DNA of 42,657 nucleotides from a virus. Taxonomy: Duplodnaviria > Heunggongvirae > Uroviricota > Caudoviricetes. Both the position numbers and the translations under genes were made by a program. Every line of letters begins with the position of its first letter. Position 1 is the stretch's first letter. The stretch lies in the IMG/VR virus record IMGVR_UViG_2541047850_000006, positions 1 through 42,657 of that record, one strand, 5' to 3'. The notes beneath the pieces are model-generated. The model did no database searches. It worked only from the letters and a program-made list of their open reading frames with translations, and was not told the origin of the DNA. Shown here one piece after another: positions 9,097 through 17,300 of the stretch.

Positions 9097-9495
9097 TTAG
9101 TTAGCAAGCCGCATATCCGTAGATGAATCCAGTTTTGCTATTTTAACATCTACGCGGTATTTATCTTTGATAAATTTAGCTATTTTGCTTTCAATCTCAT
9201 AGAAAGCATCCTGTTCACAACGCACAACATCGGGAAACTGTTTTTCTGGCTTAACAAGAAAACGTAACCGATTGTTGAGCACCATCATTTCTGCAAACAA
9301 TTTGATGGTAAACTTGCCTTCTTCAACGTCACTTTTAAGGTTAACGATGAAACGCTGATCCTTAAGCATACCCGGTTTGTTCATTTCACGAATTTGGAGC
9401 GAGTCATTCCAATGCCGCAACGGAACCGATGCGATCATCTTGGTACAGTCTCTTATCGTCTGAATAGAACGAGATGCGTTAAGCGCAGTATGCAT
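9097..9495 (-). CDS. Hypothetical protein (132 aa)
   Basis: ATG start with strong AAGGTGG SD; 174-bp intergenic region upstream. Confidence 0.5.
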   Translation of the reverse strand: MHTALNASRSIQTIRDCTKMIASVPLRHWNDSLQIREMNKPGMLKDQRFIVNLKSDVEEGKFTIKLFAEMMVLNNRLRFLVKPEKQFPDVVRCEQDAFYEIESKIAKFIKDKYRVDVKIAKLDSSTDMRLAN

Positions 9496-9669
9496 GTTTC
9501 CACCTTAGCCGGTAATAACTTTATGTCATAGCGGCGACCTTGTCGGTTTAGAGGCTACGAGTATGCGTCGATTTATTAAAACAAGGTATGATTTACTTGA
9601 CATCCATGCTTCAAATCTACCTTGTGCTCTAATAATATGCAAATTTTATGTTAGAAAATTCCGCTTTTA

Positions 9670-9978
9670 TTATGGCACTTTTCTGCCCCATCCACACAAT
9701 CGCTCCCCTATCATATTGTGAAAAAGTACTTCCCTTTCAGTCTCTTCGGTCATGAGATCATCACGGCTGATGTATAGCGGTGTAGCCGCATCGCAGAAAA
9801 GCACACCAGAGGATTGAGGCTTAATCACGCAACCACTTATTGTGCAACTCATGATGAACAGTAGAAGCATCTTTGCGCCGTAACTCATCAAGCGTTTCAT
9901 TTTTGACATCCACTGTGCTTTGAAGTCGTTTCCTGTCTTCCTGTTTTGCCTTCTCTTCCATTGCTCGTCGCGCCGCAT
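9670..9978 (-). CDS. Candidate o-spanin (outer-membrane lipoprotein), probably starting at an internal Met near 9909
   Basis: Internal MKRLMSYGAKMLLLFIMSCTISGC resembles a lipoprotein signal with lipobox ISGC; the ORF overlaps the 3' end of the i-spanin candidate in another frame. Confidence 0.4.
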   Translation of the reverse strand: MRRDEQWKRRQNRKTGNDFKAQWMSKMKRLMSYGAKMLLLFIMSCTISGCVIKPQSSGVLFCDAATPLYISRDDLMTEETEREVLFHNMIGERLCGWGRKVP

Positions 9979-10072
9979 TTCCGCCCATCGTGTAAGCGCC
10001 GACCAGAACGAAAAGAACGGCAGCCAGAGTAATCAAAGCAACTTTTAGCTTTATCATCAGGCTACCTAGCAT
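9821..10072 (-). CDS. Candidate i-spanin (N-terminal TM + charged coiled coil)
   Basis: Hydrophobic LKVALITLAAVLFVLVGAY followed by an ARRAMEEKAKQEDRKRLQ-type helical region; located after the lysin candidate. Confidence 0.5.
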   Translation of the reverse strand: MLGSLMIKLKVALITLAAVLFVLVGAYTMGGNAARRAMEEKAKQEDRKRLQSTVDVKNETLDELRRKDASTVHHELHNKWLRD

Positions 10073-10073
10073 A

Positions 10074-10793
10074 TTAGGCCATCCCTTTCTGGTGTTTTCT
10101 TACCTGCGACCAGGCAATGAATCCTGCCACAACAATAGTGGCAATACCGAAGATGATGCGTACTGTATCCCCACTAGAGATATGACCTTGTGCTTTATCC
10201 ATAGCAGCGGAAACCTGCGGCATAACATCGGCCAGCTGCGCCAGACCAATACCTGCTGTAACAGTTGCGCCTGCTGTTTCTTTAGTTACAGGAACAGCCT
10301 TCACGGTTTTCACCGGCTTAACGACTCCAGCTCGACGCAGACCTTCCTCAATAACTTCTGCCGCATACCAGGTGTTCAGCGTTTTTAGCGGACCTCGCCC
10401 ATTCTCATGGCGAATGATTGCCTCAACCAAAGGTCGAAGGATGTCGTAATCATGCAGATCGATGATCATGTCTGCGGTTACACCAACGGCTTTAGACACC
10501 TCATTAATGTAGGCGTCAGTATTGTTTTCATTCGGCGGTGCCCAACGTTCAATAACTTCACGAATGGTATCGATACTTGAGCCGTCTTTTGCGCGACGTT
10601 TGTCGTGGTAGGTAATTAGAGTCACCGCCAGCGCACGAATCCCCCAAACAGGGTCTTTAAACGTGCAAAAGCGCGGTTCGTCTGGATTCGCAACCAGACC
10701 TTGCCACGGTGATCCTTTATCCAGATTACCGGGGTTATTATTACGAATGCCTCTCGGAGTCTTCATCCTTGATCTCCTGTTATTGCAGTCCAT
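10074..10793 (-). CDS. Putative cell-wall hydrolase / endolysin candidate with C-terminal hydrophobic helix (likely start at ATG near 10766)
   Basis: Position between membrane proteins and spanin candidates; AGGAG SD precedes the internal ATG (MKTPRGIRNNNPGN...); C-terminal IIFGIATIVVAGFIAW segment; the enzymatic family is not identified. Confidence 0.4.
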   Translation of the reverse strand: MDCNNRRSRMKTPRGIRNNNPGNLDKGSPWQGLVANPDEPRFCTFKDPVWGIRALAVTLITYHDKRRAKDGSSIDTIREVIERWAPPNENNTDAYINEVSKAVGVTADMIIDLHDYDILRPLVEAIIRHENGRGPLKTLNTWYAAEVIEEGLRRAGVVKPVKTVKAVPVTKETAGATVTAGIGLAQLADVMPQVSAAMDKAQGHISSGDTVRIIFGIATIVVAGFIAWSQVRKHQKGMA

Positions 10794-11124
10794 TTTTTAC
10801 GCCATACGCGGCTAACCCCAAAAGCAGTGCGGTAATAATGAACGACGTTATTTTAGATACAATGTCGCCAAAGAACCCACTGGAGATGGAATCTAACCGG
10901 TTAAGGAGTTTGTCCAGATTAGAGTGTTGAATACTATGTTGCGCAGGGGTCATGTCACCAAAGTAGGTTTTAAGCTGGTCGTTGACCTCTTGGCCAATTT
11001 CTTCTCGTAGCTCTTTACCTAATTTGCCAACAACTTCCCTAGCAACGATCGCGGCAATGCGCTCAACTTGCTCTGTTGTCACGCTCGCCATCTCGTTCGA
11101 CATATTTCCTCCATGAAAAGCCAA
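10780..11124 (-). CDS. C-terminally anchored membrane protein, lysis-associated (holin/antiholin candidate); likely start at ATG near 11103
   Basis: GGAGGAAAT SD before the internal ATG; a single C-terminal TM (FIITALLLGLAAYGV) after a soluble N-domain. Confidence 0.4.
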   Translation of the reverse strand: MAFHGGNMSNEMASVTTEQVERIAAIVAREVVGKLGKELREEIGQEVNDQLKTYFGDMTPAQHSIQHSNLDKLLNRLDSISSGFFGDIVSKITSFIITALLLGLAAYGVKNGLQ

Positions 11125-11164
11125 ATCGGGATGGCGGATTTATATCACATTTTATCTTTTTTAT

Positions 11165-11184
11165 ATAGGTATGCACTTACCTAT
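11165..11184. promoter_or_regulatory. 20-bp palindromic motif ATAGGTA-TGCACT-TACCTAT upstream of the lysis genes
   Basis: Perfect 7-bp inverted half-sites with a 6-bp spacer; the same architecture recurs at 2602, 6036, 14260, 27556, 30182 and 38943. Confidence 0.55.
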
Positions 11185-11283
11185 CTGTAAATAACCTTAA
11201 ACACCAACAATAAATTACCTCAGAACATCTCTCTTTATATTTATTACCTTCTTTGCGTAAGCTATATCTCAGTTAATCTTATA

Positions 11284-11568
11284 TTAAATAAAAATATATA
11301 ATAATGTGCACGCTAAAAGTGGAATCGCAAAATCCATCAGGCTTGCCACATCCCATGCACGTGGATCAAAACCGCCCCACCACGGCATATTCATTCGCTT
11401 GCCATGCCCGAACATTTCAATCCAGCGATATTCTGCCTGGGTGTGTTCACGCGCAATGAAGAACGTACAACCGGCTATCGCCCCGTAAGCCCAGTTTCCG
11501 GTAAAAAGACCAGCCAGTACCTGCACCGCCACGGCACAAAGCGCATGAAGTATCGACGTGATATCCAT
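11284..11568 (-). CDS. Small three-TM membrane protein (class I holin candidate)
   Basis: 94 aa with three hydrophobic segments; ATG with AAGGA SD. Confidence 0.4.
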   Translation of the reverse strand: MDITSILHALCAVAVQVLAGLFTGNWAYGAIAGCTFFIAREHTQAEYRWIEMFGHGKRMNMPWWGGFDPRAWDVASLMDFAIPLLACTLLYIFI

Positions 11569-11577
11569 CTGCTATCC

Positions 11578-11856
11578 TTAAAACCACTCCCTGAGCGGGC
11601 GCTCTGGTGTAACCACCCACTCACGGAACACGGAATCATCAAATCCATCGTCAAGAAGACGGATATTAACAAAGTACCCTTCGTTTCGCGTGTATTCTGG
11701 TTCTCCGTCATCAGAAACATCTGTCTCCCTGAACGTAAAACCAATCTCATCAACCAGAACGGCATTCTGCAGCTCTTCGTCCTCTTCCCAGTTAAGTTTC
11801 CTGAGAAATGCCCTGAAATCTGCTTTATCACTGAAACGCAACGTGAAATCTCTCAC
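11578..11856 (-). CDS. Small acidic protein (92 aa), possibly a tail-fiber accessory
   Basis: GTG start overlapping the tail fiber stop (GTGA) with GGGGAGG SD; function unknown. Confidence 0.4.
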   Translation of the reverse strand: MRDFTLRFSDKADFRAFLRKLNWEEDEELQNAVLVDEIGFTFRETDVSDDGEPEYTRNEGYFVNIRLLDDGFDDSVFREWVVTPERPLREWF

Positions 11857-14216
11857 TCCACAACCTCCCCAAGCTGCGCATCTGTTAGCTCTTTATGCCA
11901 GAGACGAAAATTCCTCACATGCCCAAATAAATGGCGTAATCCTGCTGTAGTTTGTCCACCAATGCGAATGGTTGCTGTACTCCGGATATATTCCCATTTG
12001 GTTTTAGTTTCGCTGCTTAACTTACCGTTACTGACTACACATGTGGACCGTTCGGACTTTACCCGCATACCAATAAGCATTTTTTTCAGCCCGGCATTTT
12101 CATTTATTCGTCGGTCTGAACCACCTATATCGCAATACGGAAAACCGTCGTACCCACCTGATGAACCAAACCCCATTACGATCCCCGCTCCGGTTTGATG
12201 ACCGCCGGTATCAAAAACACGCGGCGCTACATTTGGCGTTTTATACCAGTTCTTATGTACCTCACAAAAAACCGTAAAAGGAAGATTATAAAGATTATTC
12301 TTAATCGGAACTGTAACCATATCGCTTGCCCGCGTCGCCGCCGTCGTTCCTGATATAATAAAAGATGATACACACGAACCATCCTCAACCTGAGGGGTAG
12401 CCAGATAAATATAGTCACCAGATTCAACGACACCACCTTTTTTTGGTGCGTATTGTATTGCAGAGGTTATGTAAGTTTCTTTACTTGCTTGAATCGTTGC
12501 CTCTGCAAAAATCCAGCCCGTAACTTCATCTTTGTTAACTCGTGCGGTGAGCCTGTCGGCAGCTACACCGGTGATTTCAACCAATAAAGACCGCGTATTA
12601 ACAATGGCATATCCAAGATTAGATGAAGCGCTGCCATTGAAGGCTTCAAACCTGATCTTTAACAGGAGTTCCAAATCCGTTTTAAATCTGCACGATGTCG
12701 TCACGCACTTATTATCGCCTGATACATCGACAGCCCCCGAGGTTGAAACTACTGCCATATTAAGGGTTGTACTTTGCCCAATTAATGATTCATTACAAAC
12801 AAACTTTCCATAAGTAAAACCAAAACCATCAGTTCCAACCTCAGCGACATTCATATTTGCAGATTTACCCCAAGAAGCTGGAGTTGCTGAATTTAACATG
12901 TAGTTGGTTCGCTGACCTTCAATCAATAAACCTTCTTTTTCAAATCGTGGCTCATTAATTTCCGCCGTTTTCAGTTCGCCAGATTTGTTGATATATGTTG
13001 CCGTTGATGCGCGACTGAAATTAACCTGTTTATCACTGGCAACCTGAACCACATTATCACCAATCTTCACTTTTTTATAACCCGGAGAATAGCCCGTAAT
13101 CATATCCAGCGAATCATTAAAGGGTATCCACACATCCGGCAGCGGCTGTAAAACATATCTGTACGGCTCTGCTGTCTGGTTTGCGTATTCTCTGGCAGCA
13201 TCTTCACTTGCTTTTGCTGCCGTCTGGCTTGCTGCCGATGCTTTCGCCGAGTTCGCCGCCGCTGTTTCGCTCACCTTTGCGTTGGCTTCACTGGTTTTTG
13301 CTGCTTTTTGACTGTTAGCTGATGCAGTGGCAGAAGCAGCCGCCGCGCTTGCAGAACTGGCTGCGGCACTCTCGCTTTGGGCCGCTGCATCCTGACTGCT
13401 TTTCGCCGCAGTTTCACTGGCTTTGGCATTCGTTTCGCTGGTCTTCGCTGCCGTCTGGCTGGACTTTGCGTTAGTTTCACTCGTCTTCGCAGCTTTCTGG
13501 CTGTTAGCCGCGGCAGTTGCTGATCCGGCAGCTGAAGTCGCAGAACCAGCTGCGGCACTCTCGCTTTCGGCTGCCGCCGCCTGGCTGTTTTTTGCTGCGG
13601 TAGCGGAGTTGGCGGCAGCACTCTGACTCGATTTTGCAGCTACCTCGCTATTTTTCGCATTAGTTTCGCTGGTCTTTGAAGCTGTCTCACTCGCTTTTGA
13701 GTTAGTTTCTGATTTTTTGGCCGCTGTTGCGCTCGCTGCCGCCTCTTTAGCTTTTTGTGCAGCGGTGTTAATTATGGGAGTATTTTCTTTATACCATTCT
13801 AGGTTCTCATTGTGCTCATTAACGATCTGCGTAAGGGATTTTACGGTTAATTCCGTGCCATCTTCACGCTCAATTGTTATTTTATCCACAGCAGTCAGCC
13901 AACTACGCATCATTTTTGAATCGGCTGACATGCGAGACATAAGCGCAGTAAAACGAGCACTAAATTGGGTCAAATCACCTTCATAGGTCGTAATTATTCT
14001 GCACGGAACATTTGTTTGGGTGCTGCCACCGTAGGCTTCAACAAGAGTTAACGAAGTGTCACTCTCGATTGATTTTATTTCATATAACTTATTATCGGGG
14101 CCAATCAATATCATACCTGGAAGGACGCCGTTCGTCGTCACTCCCCAGGCTGTGCCTGTTCCCACTACAGTTTTATTTCCTTTAGTGAGATTTATTGTAC
14201 CTTCCCTGTACCACAT
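11853..14216 (-). CDS. Side tail fiber protein (lambdoid Stf-like) with Ala/Ser/Thr-rich KSETNAK-type tandem repeats
   Basis: Repeat block ...AAKKSETNSKASETASKTSETNAKNSE...SQKAAKTSETNAKSSQTAAKTSETNAKASETAAKSSQ... matches my recollection of lambdoid Stf repeats; ATG with SD; located after J. Confidence 0.75.
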   Translation of the reverse strand: MWYREGTINLTKGNKTVVGTGTAWGVTTNGVLPGMILIGPDNKLYEIKSIESDTSLTLVEAYGGSTQTNVPCRIITTYEGDLTQFSARFTALMSRMSADSKMMRSWLTAVDKITIEREDGTELTVKSLTQIVNEHNENLEWYKENTPIINTAAQKAKEAAASATAAKKSETNSKASETASKTSETNAKNSEVAAKSSQSAAANSATAAKNSQAAAAESESAAAGSATSAAGSATAAANSQKAAKTSETNAKSSQTAAKTSETNAKASETAAKSSQDAAAQSESAAASSASAAAASATASANSQKAAKTSEANAKVSETAAANSAKASAASQTAAKASEDAAREYANQTAEPYRYVLQPLPDVWIPFNDSLDMITGYSPGYKKVKIGDNVVQVASDKQVNFSRASTATYINKSGELKTAEINEPRFEKEGLLIEGQRTNYMLNSATPASWGKSANMNVAEVGTDGFGFTYGKFVCNESLIGQSTTLNMAVVSTSGAVDVSGDNKCVTTSCRFKTDLELLLKIRFEAFNGSASSNLGYAIVNTRSLLVEITGVAADRLTARVNKDEVTGWIFAEATIQASKETYITSAIQYAPKKGGVVESGDYIYLATPQVEDGSCVSSFIISGTTAATRASDMVTVPIKNNLYNLPFTVFCEVHKNWYKTPNVAPRVFDTGGHQTGAGIVMGFGSSGGYDGFPYCDIGGSDRRINENAGLKKMLIGMRVKSERSTCVVSNGKLSSETKTKWEYIRSTATIRIGGQTTAGLRHLFGHVRNFRLWHKELTDAQLGEVVE

Positions 14217-14309
14217 TTATCCTTTGCTCCTAGATATGGTGGGCGTTCTATGCTCACCATTAAGTTAGTACCTACCTATTTTTACAGAAATGATTATTTT
14301 TTTCCACAA

Positions 14310-17300
14310 TCAAAGTCGACCAATTCTTACCCTGAGTACATTATTGTCGTCGTAAACGTCGATTCTCTGCCCATTGATAACTAATCTCCCATTTCCGCCA
14401 CTGTTACCGTTAATCTCAAGCGTTCCGTTTTTGCCAAATCTCCATCCGGCTCGTCCTCTTACGAAGTTTGTTGATTGTAAGTCACCTACCTTTGCGTTTG
14501 TGATAGTGCCATCTTTGATATAAGCACCGTTCATATACGCAACGCTGTTTTCGATAACAAATGGCGTTGTGATCTTCCCATTAACATTGTTGACCAAACC
14601 AAATCGATCTGCCCGCACCAAAAACTGAGAAAGCCCCGTTGTATCAATACCCAGCGCAATGCCCGCTACATACTTCTGCCCACCACTCGTTGAAGTTTCC
14701 ATCTTCAATGTGTACGAGGTTGATACTTTTCTATTAGCGTCAGCTATAGCAGAAGCCTGCTGCTGAATAACGGCAACATTTCCATCTACAGACGCTTTCA
14801 GTGTATCAATTCGTTTTCCTAGAGCGTTGTCTGCACTTGTTCTGGCCTTTGACTCTGACGTAATCGCTGCATTGATATAATTTGTTGTTTGCGACTGGAG
14901 ATTAGTTACCCTTGTCGAAAGCGCTGCATCAGCATCAGTTCTGGCTTTCGTCTCTTCTGCTACAGCAGCCTTTATATCTTTACCTGTTTGTGTCTTTAGT
15001 GAGTTAATCTGCGACGTCAATGCGGTATCAGCGGCAGCTCTTGCTTGAGTTTCAACCGCAACAGCTGCACTTATATCCTTAGCAGTTTTTGTTTTAAAAC
15101 TTGCCAAGTCTTTTGCAATGGCAGAATCCTGACTTGTACGAGATGTCGATTCTCGCTCTATCGAGGACTGAAGATTATTAGCCCTCGTAGTAAGAGAAGA
15201 AATTTGTCTGGATAATGCATCGTTAGCGTCAGTTCTTGCTTTGGTTTCAACTGCTACCGCCGCTGCAATATCTTTACCTGTTTTTGTTTTTAAACTACTA
15301 ACTTCTCTTGATAGTGCACTATCGCCTGATGCTCTGGCTTCTCTTTCCTCATTAATAGCAGCAGATATATCGTTATTAACTTTTGTTTGAAGTTGAGTTA
15401 TTTGCCTTGATAATGCTTCATCTTGCGTTGCTCTTGTTTGTTGCTCTTCTCTAATAGCGGTTGAAATATCAGTATTTACTTTAGACTCCAGTTGTGTGAT
15501 CTGCTTTGAAAGAGTCTCATTGGCCGATGCTCTTGCAGATTGTTCGGTCCTTATTGCGGCACTGATATCACCTTCAAATTTACTCTGTAATTGTGTCACA
15601 CGATTGGCTAACGCATTATCACCATCAGTTCTGGCTGTCGCTTCTTCGAGAATAGATGCTCGAATGTTGTCACCAATCTCGGCTCGTATCTCTTCAACCT
15701 TAGACGCCATTGCTGACACATCATCGACAAGAATCTTTTGAGTCGTGGCAATTTTCGCGTTATTTACCAGCTGTCTGTGCTGATCTTCGTCCTGCCGCAA
15801 CGCAAGATCGATATTTGTCTTAGAAATGGCTTCAAGATTAGTTGTGATTTCTGAACTTACTCTTCCTACCTCAGCAACCGTTCTCCGCATTTCTTCTACA
15901 GCCGCAACACTTTCATCAACCGATGATCTCATCGTTTCTATCTTTTTAGCATTCGCTAGATCTGCTTGTGCACGAACTTTACGCTCTTCGGCAATTAAAG
16001 ATGATGCATTTTCAAGTGCCGCATTTGCTGCTTCTACGACACCAGCAACAGAATCACCTTGTTTTGATACTGTATTACGTAGTTCAATAAGTGCTGCATT
16101 TGAATTTTCAACTTGTCGTAATGCATCATCTACTTTTTCCCGAGTGCTAGAAACTTCCGTTCTAAGCTCGCTTTGCGCATTCTCCAGTGTCTCGCTGCGT
16201 TCAGTAAACGATGTTTTGAACTCATCGATACTACTCGTTAGCTCCTTATTTAATGCGGAAATTTCACCTTCCAGAGATTCGACGCTCTGATCGATATGAT
16301 TATTGATTTCATCAACAGCTTGTTGAGAAGCCTTACTGTCAATTTCCTCATTTAAAGCCTGGCCAAGTTCTGACGAGGTAATTTTATTGGCTAAAAATGA
16401 AAGAACATCTCGCGTTGTGGCCTCTGTACCAAGATTTGAGTTTGGGCGACTCAACATGCCACGCTTATTTGCTGATCTAACCCAGTAATACCAAGTTTCA
16501 CTATCCCCAAGACCAGCATGTGTAAAGGTGGTGCTTGCAGACTCTGCGATCAGTTTCGCCGTATCCAGATTGTTGGTCTGGGATGCGTAAACATTAATGT
16601 GATCAAGGTCTACCGAATCTGGATTGACCCAATTCAGTATCACATTACGATAGTCCCCAACTGCCGTTAATGACGTTGGTGCATCCGGCGGTGTCATTGT
16701 GCCCAGCACCTGATAAACGGTACTGATAATCTCTGTTTTTTTACCGTTGAATGAAACCGCATACAGTTGGAAGTCGTAGCGTCCATTCTCCGCGACATTA
16801 ACGATTTCGTATTGCTCTTCGGTTACACGTGCCGATTGCCAGTTCGATACATTGTTTTCATCAGAACGTCGCCAACTGATCCAATACTCTGGAGATTTCC
16901 CTTCCCATGTTGCAGTCAGTTTTACTGACAGGTTGCCTGGGCTTGAGAGATAAGTCCCTTCGGTGATTTGCAAATTAGACGGCTTGGAGTAAGTCGGGTC
17001 CAATACCGTCGTATTCTGCGGGATAAGCGTTGCACCATTGTCGATTGCCTCATATTTAGACGGATTGTTCTCAACAGCGGTGATGTCAAAGCTACCCGAC
17101 GTTTCCCCCTGAGCGATGTTAACGATGCGAACGCGCATAGGTTCGAGATCTGGTTCTGTGATTGTCCATACACCGTTCAAAACAGGCGTTTCCGCTGACG
17201 ACAGAGCTTTTGAAAACGTAACCTTTGTTATGTTTTCGCCAGTTTCAAGAACATCGCGTTCAACGATTTTGCCTTCCTGATTCAATATCCGAATAAAGCT

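Noticed and set aside
11404-12198. 264-aa plus-strand ORF
   Set aside because: Antisense to the well-supported Stf-like tail fiber and neighbouring minus-strand genes; low-complexity Pro/Ser-rich translation; no SD; typical shadow ORF
15826-16290. Plus-strand ORFs inside the J-like gene (also 15496..15741, 16968..17198, 17511..17741)
   Set aside because: Antisense shadow ORFs within a gene with clear lambda J similarity
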